Shown: positions 49,796-58,470 of the stretch, piece after piece
How the letters are laid out: each line of letters begins with the position of its first letter
Numbering within the stretch: position 1 is the stretch's first letter
DNA from: Candidatus Sulfomarinibacteraceae bacterium
GTDB lineage: Bacteria > Acidobacteriota > Thermoanaerobaculia > Thermoanaerobaculales > Sulfomarinibacteraceae
Length of the DNA: 64,000 nt
Reading direction: 5' to 3'
Assembly (NCBI GenBank): GCA_963769215.1
Contig: CAVYKX010000029.1
Location: 34,058-98,057, forward strand
Position numbers and translations under genes: made by a program
Notes under the pieces: generated by a model
What the model was told of the DNA's origin: nothing
Seen by the model: only the letters and a program-made list of their open reading frames with translations
The model's database searches: none

Positions 49796-50962
49796 GTGAA
49801 ATCCGTGAACTACCCGGCAAAAATGCTGTTCAGTCTTGCCGCAATCATCGTTCTTTCTGCGTGCGGTAAGAGTCCTGTGGTCGGCGTCCTTTTGCCAATG
49901 ACCGGAACTGCAAGCACCTACGGCGACTCCATGAAGAAGGGTATCGATGTCGCACTCGACCACGAGAAGGCCAATCTTCCGAAGGGTTTCAAGGTCATCT
50001 GGGGCGATACCGCGAGCGACATCGCGACCGCGGAAGCCGAACTCAGGCGCATGGCATCCGAGGGCGCCGGTTTGATCGTCGCCGGTACCACGAGCGGCAC
50101 GGCGCGCGCCCTTCTACCGATTCTCGAAGAAACCGATACCATCGCCGTCTCGCCCTCCGCTTCGGCGCCGAGCCTGACCAAGGACTCGAGACGATTCTTC
50201 AGGGTCTTCGCGTCGGACGAACTCGAAGGGCGCCGCGCCGGACGATTTCTCTACGACGACCAGGACAAGACATCGGTCCTGATCTACGCCGAAGACTCGG
50301 ATCAGGCCCGAGGTATCGAGCCTCCATTCCGGCAGGTCTTCGAGCAGGCCATGGGCGGCGAAATCGTCGGCCGGGTCATGATCAACAGCAGTGACTGGGA
50401 ACAGGAATCGGCCGACCTTTTAGCGGCCGGCAATCCTTCTTCGGTGTACATCATCGGTTACGGCGAAGCCACCATCGACGTCCTGCGACACCTGCGGGAA
50501 AAGGGCTTCGAGGGGCCGATCTGTGCGAGCTCCGCCTTCTACACCAGCCAGATCGTCGAGGACTACCCGGAGCTTCTGGAGGGCGTGTTCTTCCCGCAGC
50601 CGGCATTCGACGTCAGAACAGAGGGCCAGTTGGCGCAGGATTTCGTTGCCAACTACCGGCAGCGTTACCAGGACGAGCCTGACATCTATGCGGCGCACGC
50701 CTATGACGCCATGCGAGTCGTCATCTTTGTCGCAAACGAATCAAAGAACTTCACGGCTTCCGAAAATCGAAGGGTTCTGGCATTCGGGGTCAAGGAGTTT
50801 CCGGGCGTGACAGGGATCATTCAGTTCAACGACTACGGCGACGTGCACCACAACCCGATCATGTTCATCGTCAAGGGCGGTGAAGTGCTGAACTACGAAC
50901 GGTACGTCCAGGAAGAACGAGCCAAGATCACTGCGCGGATCAAGAAGCTGATGAACGGCTGA
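49796..50962 (+). CDS. periplasmic substrate-binding lipoprotein, Leu/Ile/Val-binding (PBP type 1) family
   Basis: Lipobox LSAC followed by GVLLPMTGTASTYG.. and AHAYDAMRV... The long N-terminal extension in the ORF track (from 48977) overlaps the preceding gene in another frame and is rejected. No permease or ATPase genes are adjacent. Confidence 0.7.
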   Translation: MKSVNYPAKMLFSLAAIIVLSACGKSPVVGVLLPMTGTASTYGDSMKKGIDVALDHEKANLPKGFKVIWGDTASDIATAEAELRRMASEGAGLIVAGTTSGTARALLPILEETDTIAVSPSASAPSLTKDSRRFFRVFASDELEGRRAGRFLYDDQDKTSVLIYAEDSDQARGIEPPFRQVFEQAMGGEIVGRVMINSSDWEQESADLLAAGNPSSVYIIGYGEATIDVLRHLREKGFEGPICASSAFYTSQIVEDYPELLEGVFFPQPAFDVRTEGQLAQDFVANYRQRYQDEPDIYAAHAYDAMRVVIFVANESKNFTASENRRVLAFGVKEFPGVTGIIQFNDYGDVHHNPIMFIVKGGEVLNYERYVQEERAKITARIKKLMNG

Positions 50963-51021
50963 TCCGACTGCTCTTGGTACAGACCTGAGACCATCTCCGC
51001 GAAATACGCTGAGGAACAATC

Positions 51022-52317
51022 GTGCGCGTTCGTTTAGAATCTATCGGCTGCCGCCTCAATATCGGTGAGATCGAAGCAATGGCGCGCGGCCTTACGGCGT
51101 CGGGCCACCGGGTTGTCGGCCCCGGCGAAAACGCCGAACTGTACATCCTGAATACCTGCTCCGTCACTTCCATCGCATCGAAAAAGTCCCGCCAGTTAGT
51201 CCGGCAGCTCAAGCGAGCCAACCCGGCGGCTGCTCTTATCGTCACCGGCTGCGACTCCGAGCTCACGCCAAACGAGATGGAGAAAATCGGTGTTGACCTG
51301 ATCGTCGGCAATGCCGACAAAGAAAATCTCCTCGGTCTCGCGGCGGAGCAGGGCCTGCTCCGCGAGCCCGAACCCGATCTCGACGCCGATTCAGTTTTCG
51401 GACCTGGAGGCGCATCTCGGACGAGAGCGTTCCTCAAGGTTCAAGACGGTTGCGACAATCGGTGCACGTTCTGTGTCACAACCATTGCCCGCGGCGCCGG
51501 TCGTTCGGTGCCGCAGGAAACGATTCTGGAAGAGGTCGGCAAAGTCCTGCGCCTCGGCTATCGAGAAATCGTTCTGAGTGGCGTCCATCTCGGATCCTAC
51601 GGCCACGATTTTGGCGACCGCCGCGGCCTGCAGCTTCTCGTCGAACGAATTCTCACCGAGACCGACATCCCGCGGCTTCGGCTGTCGTCTCTCGAACCGT
51701 GGGACCTCGACGCCGCTTTTTTCGAGCTCTTTGCGGATCCGAGGTTGTTGCCGCACATCCACCTCCCGCTCCAGAGCGGCTGCGACGCCACGCTCCGGAG
51801 GATGGCCCGTCGAACGGACCGCAAGGATTACTCAGAGCTTCTCGGACACGCCCGCAGGGCTGCTCCCGATCTCGCAGTCTCGACCGACCTCATTGTCGGG
51901 TTTCCCGGCGAGAACGACACCGAATTCGAAGAGTCCATCTCCTTCGTCGAGGAAATGGGGTTTTCGCGCCTTCACATCTTTCGATACTCGAAGCGTGAAG
52001 GAACCCTCGCCGCCACGATGCCCGGCCAGGTCCACGGACCCACGGCGCGGGAACGCAGCCGTCGACTGCACGAACTCGGCGCGGATCTCGAGCGAAGCTT
52101 CGCCACCCGGTTTGTCGGAAGGACCGTGGACGTTCTCTGGGAGACGGCCGAGGATCACGGCAGCGCCCTCAAATGGAGCGGGTTGACACCCCACTACGTG
52201 CGCGTCGCCACGACCACCCCGCCGGATAAAGATCTCCTCAACATCGTGACGCCCACCGAGATCGTCGAGGTAGTGCCGGGAGGAGTCGTTGGGAGAATTC
52301 GGAATTCGGAATTCTGA
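51022..52317 (+). CDS. mtaB: radical-SAM methylthiotransferase, MtaB/MiaB-like
   Basis: UPF0004 N-domain (GCRLNIGE..NTCSVT), radical SAM CDNRCTFC, TRAM-like C-terminus. The last ~8 codons (GRIRNSEF) and the stop lie inside a heptamer repeat. Confidence 0.8.
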   Translation: MRVRLESIGCRLNIGEIEAMARGLTASGHRVVGPGENAELYILNTCSVTSIASKKSRQLVRQLKRANPAAALIVTGCDSELTPNEMEKIGVDLIVGNADKENLLGLAAEQGLLREPEPDLDADSVFGPGGASRTRAFLKVQDGCDNRCTFCVTTIARGAGRSVPQETILEEVGKVLRLGYREIVLSGVHLGSYGHDFGDRRGLQLLVERILTETDIPRLRLSSLEPWDLDAAFFELFADPRLLPHIHLPLQSGCDATLRRMARRTDRKDYSELLGHARRAAPDLAVSTDLIVGFPGENDTEFEESISFVEEMGFSRLHIFRYSKREGTLAATMPGQVHGPTARERSRRLHELGADLERSFATRFVGRTVDVLWETAEDHGSALKWSGLTPHYVRVATTTPPDKDLLNIVTPTEIVEVVPGGVVGRIRNSEF

Positions 52318-52580
52318 ATTCGGAATATCCCACCCGCCCACCCGAGAGCGCCCACAGATCACCCAGATTGACCCAGACGACCCTGTTGCTCGCAGAAGAA
52401 CAGGCTGAACGGGCGTGCCATCCGCAGAAAAGCGCGTTCGGCGGAGGTGCCATCTTTTGCATTGTCCGAATCCAAACGTGCAAACGGGTACTGACCGCAG
52501 GTCGGTCAATGCGAAAGGTGGCTCCTTTGCGGGAAGCGCGTCCGCAGAAGAGATCGTTGAACTCGAAGCGCCAAGCCGCG
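52293..52580 (+). repeat. mosaic intergenic element, full copy E2
   Basis: (GGAATTC)n, C-box CCCACCCGCCCACCC, three CCCAGATnn-type decamers, CAGAAAAGCGCG, V1 arms (52443-52527), CGCAGAAGAG, GAAGCGCCAAGC tail. Confidence 0.85.
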
Positions 52581-52641
52581 TCCGCGGTGGCGGACACAGA
52601 CACGGGAAGAGGGGTACACTACCGGCTTCAGTGGAGGTGCT

Positions 52642-53217
52642 GTGGATCGAATCGCTGAATTCTTGTTCGAGGTCGGAATGCTCAAGAGGACGCCGCGATC
52701 GGGCTGGCAGTTTCTCGGGGCCGGATCGGAGTCGGTAGCGGAGCATGTCTTCCGCGCCGCGATGATCGCCTTCGTGCTGGCGCGTATGGATGGAAAGATC
52801 GACGCCGACAAGGTGCTTCGCCTCGCTCTGGTCCACGATCTTCCCGAAACCCGCACCGGCGACCTCAACTACGTCAACCAGAAGTACGTCCACGCCGACG
52901 AGGCGCAGGCGGCCAAAGACATGAGCGCGGGTCTTCCGTTCTGCGACGAACTGCGCGATCTGCTGTCCGAGTACCGTGAAGAGAGGACGTCCGAAGCGAT
53001 TCTCGCGCACGACGCGGACCAGCTTGAAATGCTCCTCCAGCTCAAGGAGCACATGGACGGAGGCAGCCCGGCCGCCGAGGATTGGACGCCATTCGTCCTC
53101 CGCCGACTCCGGACCGATATCGCACGCGACCTGGCCAAACGTATTCTCGATCAAGATTCAGCGGCATGGTGGTTCGATCAGGACTCCGACTGGTGGATTC
53201 GCGGCGGCAAAGGCTGA
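52642..53217 (+). CDS. HD-domain phosphohydrolase (YfbR-like 5'-nucleotidase family)
   Basis: LKRTPRSGW.., ESVAEHVF.., LVHDLPETRTGD.., AHDADQLE. Confidence 0.8.
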   Translation: MDRIAEFLFEVGMLKRTPRSGWQFLGAGSESVAEHVFRAAMIAFVLARMDGKIDADKVLRLALVHDLPETRTGDLNYVNQKYVHADEAQAAKDMSAGLPFCDELRDLLSEYREERTSEAILAHDADQLEMLLQLKEHMDGGSPAAEDWTPFVLRRLRTDIARDLAKRILDQDSAAWWFDQDSDWWIRGGKG

Positions 53218-53384
53218 GTTCGGTGGAATGTACCCCTTGACTCGTGGACCCGGATCACCGATTCTCGAGTCCCAAAAACCGCAGCGCAGGACGGATGGAT
53301 GGAGCCCGTCGGGTACGATAGAAGGAGGAGGCCGATGATCAAAATTGCGATCCCTTTGACGTTGGCTGGAGAGATTCCTTGAAA

Positions 53385-55985
53385 ATGACCCCGATGCTCC
53401 GCCAGTATTTCGAACTCAAGGAACAGGCCGGTTCCGCCCTCCTCCTCTACCGCATGGGCGACTTCTACGAACTGTTCTTCGAGGACGCCCAACAGGCCGC
53501 GCCGATTCTCGGGATCACCCTGACCCGACGGCGCCAGAACGATTCCGTGGATGCACCGATGTGCGGCGTCCCGCACCACGCATTCGACGGCTATCTGGGC
53601 AAGCTGCTCGATGCCGGATTCCGGGTCGCAGTCGCCGAACAGGTCGAGGATCCGGCGACCGCCAAAGGCCTCGTGCGGCGCGAGATCATCCGCACCCACA
53701 CGCCGGGAACGGTCTCCGATACGGAGCTTCTCGACGGTTCGGAACACTGCTACCTTGCGGCATTCGCTGGAGACGAGGAAGGGTCAGCACTGGCCTGGAT
53801 CGAGGTCAGCACCGGCACGTTCGAAGGAATCCGAATCAGCGAGACCGAGAGCTTGACCGAGCATCTCGCTCGGATTCGCCCGCGGGAGCTCCTGGTCGCG
53901 GAGGACTGGGACGGGTGGGAAAAGGTGTGGCCGCCGGAGATCCCACGTCCAACACTGACGCCGGTCTCAACCGACGCCTTTTCCACATCGGCAGGCGAAC
54001 AACGTCTGCGGCGGGTGCTCGGCGTCGCCTCACTCCGCGGTTTTGGACTCGATTCCGGAGAACCCCTCGTGGGCATGGCTGGAGCTCTGCTCGCTTATGT
54101 GGAAGACACCCAGAAGGGCGCCCTCAAACACCTGACCGCGTTTGTTTGTCGTGACGCCGGGGAGGCGATGGTCGTCGACCGATCCACCATTCGCAACCTC
54201 GAGATCGAACGGTCCGCAGACGGTACCCGAAAAGGCTCGTTGATCGACATTCTCGACCACACCCGAACTCGCATGGGCGCGCGGTTGATTCGCGACTACC
54301 TGGTGCGGCCCAGCATCGACCTCGAAGAAATCGGCGAGCGACAGCGTGCGGTGAGCGAGTTGCACGACAATCCGGAGCTCCTCGACGGCCTTCGGTCGGC
54401 GTGCGAGAACCTCCCCGATCTCGAACGGCTTGCCGCTCGCGTCGGTCTCGGCCAGGCCACACCGCGAGAGCTCCACGGGTTGCGAGCCGGGCTCGACATG
54501 CTCCCGGGCATTCTTGACGCCGGTCGGCCGGCGACATCCTCCCGCCTCCATTGGCTGATCGACAGTCTCGATCCCATGGCGGACCTCGCCGAACTCTTGC
54601 ACCTCCGCCTCGCCGCCGAGCCGGCTCAAGTTGCGGGAGCCGGGGTCATGGCCGGCGGATGGGACGAGGAGCTCGACGAGCAGAGGGGCCTCGCCCGCGG
54701 AGGCAAGGAGCTTCTCGCCGGGATCGAGATCGCCGAACGGAAACGAACCGGGATCGGATCCCTCAAAGTCCGTTACAACAAGGTCTTTGGCTACTTCATC
54801 GAGGTCAGCAAGGCGAACCTCGACCGGGTCCCCGACGACTACGACAGGCGCCAGACGCTGACCAACGCCGAGCGTTTCGTCACCGCGGAGCTCAAGGAAC
54901 TCGAATCGAAAATCCTGTCAGCCGAGGAACGCGCCACGGCCCGCGATCGCACGCTTTTCCAGGAGCTGGTTGAGGAACTCTCAAATCACGCTCCGAGAAT
55001 CGCCGCCACAGCGAACACAGTCGCCCGAATTGACGTGCTCGCAGCCTTCGCGGACCGCGCAAGAAGGTGCAGCTATTGCAGACCCGTTATGGCCGAGGAC
55101 GCCGGGATTTCGATCAAAGAAGGTCGACATCCGGTCCTCGAGGCCCTTCAGCGCGATCCCCCATTCATCCCGAACGATTGCAGTCTCGACCCGGAATCGG
55201 GCCAGATCGTGCTGCTCACGGGCCCCAATATGGGTGGGAAATCGACCTATCTCCGGCAGGTCGCCCTGATCACTCTCATGGCCCACGCGGGCTCGTTCGT
55301 CCCCGCCGGCGAGGCGGTGATCGGCCTCACCGATCGCATCTTCACACGAGTCGGAGCGTCAGACATGCTCGCCAAAGGCGAGTCGACCTTCATGGTGGAG
55401 ATGACCGAGACCGCCAACATCCTCCACCACGCCACTCCCCGCTCGCTGGTGATCCTCGATGAGGTGGGCCGGGGCACCGCCACCTTCGACGGCCTGTCTC
55501 TGGCCTGGGCGATCGTCGAGTTCCTCCACGACCGGGGGGAACACGCCGCTCTCGTGCTCTTCGCGACCCACTACCACGAGCTCACCGACCTCGGACGGAT
55601 GTTGCCGAGATTGGTCAATCGGTCGATGGCGGTCAAGGAATGGCGGGGCTCGATTCTGTTTCTCCACCGCGTGGTGGAGGGGCCGGCAGACCACTCCTAC
55701 GGGATTCACGTCGCCCGGCTCGCGGGCGTTCCGGACGAGGTATGCGAGCGGGCGGAACAGGTATTGAGCAATATCGAGCGCCACGAATTGAACGTGGCCG
55801 GCGACCCGGTCATGCAGATGCCCTCCGGCACAACTGCCGAGCGGATCAATCAGCTGGATCTCTTTCGATCACCGTCGGATGAAATCACCGACCGGCTCCG
55901 CCGGCTCGACCTCGACGGCATGAGCCCGCTCGACGCTCTGATCCTCCTTTCCGAGCTCCAGACCAAGGTGCACGGTGAAGATTGA
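53385..55985 (+). CDS. mutS: DNA mismatch repair protein MutS
   Basis: TPMLRQYFELK, MGDFYELF, Walker A GPNMGGKSTYLRQ, DEVGRGT, THYHEL. Intact over about 866 aa. Confidence 0.9.
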   Translation: MTPMLRQYFELKEQAGSALLLYRMGDFYELFFEDAQQAAPILGITLTRRRQNDSVDAPMCGVPHHAFDGYLGKLLDAGFRVAVAEQVEDPATAKGLVRREIIRTHTPGTVSDTELLDGSEHCYLAAFAGDEEGSALAWIEVSTGTFEGIRISETESLTEHLARIRPRELLVAEDWDGWEKVWPPEIPRPTLTPVSTDAFSTSAGEQRLRRVLGVASLRGFGLDSGEPLVGMAGALLAYVEDTQKGALKHLTAFVCRDAGEAMVVDRSTIRNLEIERSADGTRKGSLIDILDHTRTRMGARLIRDYLVRPSIDLEEIGERQRAVSELHDNPELLDGLRSACENLPDLERLAARVGLGQATPRELHGLRAGLDMLPGILDAGRPATSSRLHWLIDSLDPMADLAELLHLRLAAEPAQVAGAGVMAGGWDEELDEQRGLARGGKELLAGIEIAERKRTGIGSLKVRYNKVFGYFIEVSKANLDRVPDDYDRRQTLTNAERFVTAELKELESKILSAEERATARDRTLFQELVEELSNHAPRIAATANTVARIDVLAAFADRARRCSYCRPVMAEDAGISIKEGRHPVLEALQRDPPFIPNDCSLDPESGQIVLLTGPNMGGKSTYLRQVALITLMAHAGSFVPAGEAVIGLTDRIFTRVGASDMLAKGESTFMVEMTETANILHHATPRSLVILDEVGRGTATFDGLSLAWAIVEFLHDRGEHAALVLFATHYHELTDLGRMLPRLVNRSMAVKEWRGSILFLHRVVEGPADHSYGIHVARLAGVPDEVCERAEQVLSNIERHELNVAGDPVMQMPSGTTAERINQLDLFRSPSDEITDRLRRLDLDGMSPLDALILLSELQTKVHGED

Positions 55986-57009
55986 GTTGATGCCGCTCAT
56001 CGTCGGGGTGCCCGGGACGACCCTGAGTTCGGATGAACTCTCCGTATTGGAGAGAGTCCAGCCCGCAGGCGTGATTCTCTTTTCGCGCAACATCGAGACC
56101 GCCGAGCAGACCAGGAATCTCGTCGCCGAGTTCAGGCAACTCGAACCACGTCCCTTTGTCGCCGTCGATCTCGAGGGCGGTCTCGTCAACAGACTCTCAG
56201 CTGTATGGGGAGATCTCCCAACACCCGCCGCCGCCGGAGCGGCCGGCGAGCGTGCGGTCCGCGCTCTCGGTCAAGCGGCCGGGGCCGCCTGTCGAAACCT
56301 CAGCATCGATCTCGACCTGGCACCTGCGGTGGATCTCTCCTGCCCGGGCGGCTGTCTGTGTGAACAGGAGCGCTGTCTGAGCGATGACCCCAACCGCGCC
56401 GGCGAGCTCGCAAAGGTGTTTGTCGAAGGTCTCGCCGAGTGGGGTGTCACAGGCTGTGCCAAGCACTTTCCCGGCCTCGGGCCCGTGCCCGGTGACACCC
56501 ACGAGGAGCTTCCGGTGCTCGATCTCAATGCCGAAGAACTCCAGCGCCACCTCTCGGTTTTCGAGGAACTCGGGCCGATAATCCCGGTGGTCATGGTGGG
56601 TCACGTTGTGGTGCCCGGACTCGGAGAAGCCGACAGGCCCGCATCCCTGTCGCGGACGGTCGTTGAACGCGCCGCCACTCTCCCCGGATCTCCCGTCGTC
56701 ATCGCCGACGACCTCGAGATGGGTGCTCTCGACAATTACGGATCGATGGCCGAACGTGTCGAAGCGGCGATCCATGCGCGCAACCACGGCGTCCTGATCT
56801 GCAACGCGTTCGACCAGCTCGAGCCCATCATGGCTCACCTCACCGAACTCGGAGGCGTCGATTCAACCATCTCCACGCGAATGCAGGAGATGTCGGCTCG
56901 CATGGGGACACTGCGAACCGAGGTCCGACAGCGCGCCGCCGCCGTTCCTGCGCCCAGCGACTCCACGGTCGAAGAACTGTGGCAGCACGCGCGCCGCGAA
57001 GCCCGCTGA
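55975..57009 (+). CDS. nagZ: beta-N-acetylhexosaminidase (GH3, NagZ-like)
   Basis: [41 protein letters not shown]. The start may be the internal ATG 55990. Confidence 0.8.
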   Translation: MKIELMPLIVGVPGTTLSSDELSVLERVQPAGVILFSRNIETAEQTRNLVAEFRQLEPRPFVAVDLEGGLVNRLSAVWGDLPTPAAAGAAGERAVRALGQAAGAACRNLSIDLDLAPAVDLSCPGGCLCEQERCLSDDPNRAGELAKVFVEGLAEWGVTGCAKHFPGLGPVPGDTHEELPVLDLNAEELQRHLSVFEELGPIIPVVMVGHVVVPGLGEADRPASLSRTVVERAATLPGSPVVIADDLEMGALDNYGSMAERVEAAIHARNHGVLICNAFDQLEPIMAHLTELGGVDSTISTRMQEMSARMGTLRTEVRQRAAAVPAPSDSTVEELWQHARREAR

Positions 57010-57020
57010 CGCCACTCCGC

Positions 57021-57190
57021 GGATTCTGGATTTCAGATTTTAGATTTCAGATTTGCCCCCACCCACCCCCGTCGTTCGAGGACAAAGGCTGGCCAGATTC
57101 ATGGGCGGTGCGGTCGGGAAATCTGAAATCCAAATTCTACAATCCAAAATTCATGAATGGGCGGCATTCCTCATTCCTCATTCCTAATTC
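57021..57190. repeat. box + microsatellite tract (three microsatellites, three boxes)
   Basis: ggattct/ggatttc/agatttt/agatttc units, CCCCCACCCACCCCC; then ..agattcatGGGCGGTGCGGTCGGG, aaatctgaaatccaaattctacaatccaaaatt, GGGCGG, cattcctcattcctcattcctaattcc. Confidence 0.85.
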
Positions 57191-57215
57191 CCCGTTCCTC
57201 TGCCAAAATGTTCCC

Positions 57216-57905
57216 ATGACTGAATCCCGTGCCGTCATCCTGCTTTCGGGTGGTCTCGACTCAACCACCGTCCTCGCTATCGCCCTGTCCGAAGGACTGG
57301 AGTGCCACTGCCTGACGGTGGACTACGGCCAACGGCATCGCATCGAACTGGAGGCGGCGACCAGGGTGGCGAAATTCCTCGGCGCCGCATCTCAACGCGT
57401 CATCACCCTCGGTCTCAGAACAATCGGCGGTTCGGCACTCACCGATGATATCGACGTACCCAAGGACCACGAGCCGGAGTCGGCTGGGGTTCCCGTGACC
57501 TACGTTCCCGCCCGCAATACCGTGATGCTCTCGCTCCTGCTCGGCCTGGCCGAAGTGGTCGGCGCCGATCAGCTCTTCATCGGCGCCAATGAGGTCGACT
57601 ACTCAGGCTATCCCGACTGTCGTCCGGAATTCCTCGAGGCGTTCGAGTCTCTTGCCGAGTTGGCGACCGTTGCGGGTGCGGAGCACGGTGTCAAGTTCCG
57701 AGTGAGGGCGCCGCTTCTCGAACTCTCGAAGGCTGAGATCATCCGCCGCGGTGTCGATCTCGGAGTCGACTACAGCCTCACCTGGTCGTGCTACGACCCC
57801 ACTCCCGAAGGCATGGCCTGCGGTCACTGCGATTCGTGCCAGCTGAGGCGAAGAGGCTTCGCAGAGGCTGAGGTTGAGGATCCGACAGCCTACGCACCAC
57901 TGTAA
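57216..57905 (+). CDS. queC: 7-cyano-7-deazaguanine synthase
   Basis: [24 protein letters not shown], and zinc cluster C..CGHCDSC. Confidence 0.9.
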   Translation: MTESRAVILLSGGLDSTTVLAIALSEGLECHCLTVDYGQRHRIELEAATRVAKFLGAASQRVITLGLRTIGGSALTDDIDVPKDHEPESAGVPVTYVPARNTVMLSLLLGLAEVVGADQLFIGANEVDYSGYPDCRPEFLEAFESLAELATVAGAEHGVKFRVRAPLLELSKAEIIRRGVDLGVDYSLTWSCYDPTPEGMACGHCDSCQLRRRGFAEAEVEDPTAYAPL

Positions 57906-57910
57906 ATCCA

Positions 57911-58023
57911 GGGGATGAGGGGTGTGGGGACGAGGGCCTGCCCACCCAACCTTTCTGAATTCACAAACCATCCATCACGTTCAAGTCCCACAAACCCCCA
58001 TTCCCTCACACCCTCATCCCCTC
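57911..58023. repeat. inverted pair of G-rich/C-rich heptamer tracts flanking a C-box
   Basis: ggggatgaggggtgtggggacgaggg (left) versus ccccattccctcacaccctcatcccctc (right), with cccacccaacc between them. Confidence 0.7.
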
Positions 58024-58028
58024 TTTTC

Positions 58029-58063
58029 TTGACAAACTACCTCGGTAGTATTACCTTGGTAGT
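58029..58063 (+). promoter_or_regulatory. candidate promoter with two adjacent 14 bp palindromic operators upstream of the BlaI-like repressor gene
   Basis: TTGACA at 58029-58034 and a possible -10 TACCTT at 58052-58057 (17 nt spacer). ACTACC-tc-GGTAGT (58036-58049) is a perfect palindrome; ATTACC-tt-GGTAGT (58050-58063) has one mismatch. Confidence 0.5.
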
Positions 58064-58083
58064 TGCAAGCACAAGGAGGACCG

Positions 58084-58470
58084 ATGGGCAAGCACACACT
58101 CGGGGAACTGCAACACGCCATCATGCGGATTCTCTGGCAGCGGTCCGAGGCGACGGTTGCCGAGGTGCACGAAGCGCTCCGAGAGGAGCGCGGGCTCGCC
58201 CCCACAACCATCGCCACCATGCTGCGTAAGATGGAGGACAAGGGCGTGGTCGACCACCACGTGCAAGGCCGGCACTTCGTCTACCGGCCGACGGTCAGCG
58301 AGGACGAGGTTCGATCGTCGATGGTCGGCGAGTTGCTCGACCGCCTCTTCGCGGGCGATCCTGCGGCGTTGGTATCGCACCTGGTGGCCGACCATGATCT
58401 CGAAGACACCGAAATGGACCGTCTTCGCGCTCTCCTAGACGCCGCAGAGGCAAAGGACAGACAACAATGA
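58084..58470 (+). CDS. BlaI/MecI/CopY-family winged-helix transcriptional repressor
   Basis: LGELQHAIMRILW..ATVAEVHEAL..APTTIATMLRKMEDKG.. Preceded by AAGGAGGA. There is a 4 nt overlap with the next gene. Confidence 0.85.
   Translation: MGKHTLGELQHAIMRILWQRSEATVAEVHEALREERGLAPTTIATMLRKMEDKGVVDHHVQGRHFVYRPTVSEDEVRSSMVGELLDRLFAGDPAALVSHLVADHDLEDTEMDRLRALLDAAEAKDRQQ

Noticed and set aside
51832-53154. 440 aa minus-strand ORF, and similar long antisense ORFs (47739..48908, 48977..49795 extension, 23574..24656, 41761..42939, 63165..63971)
   Set aside because: Each overlaps a well-supported gene on the other strand or crosses repeat elements. None shows recognisable domains. They are expected by-products of high GC content.
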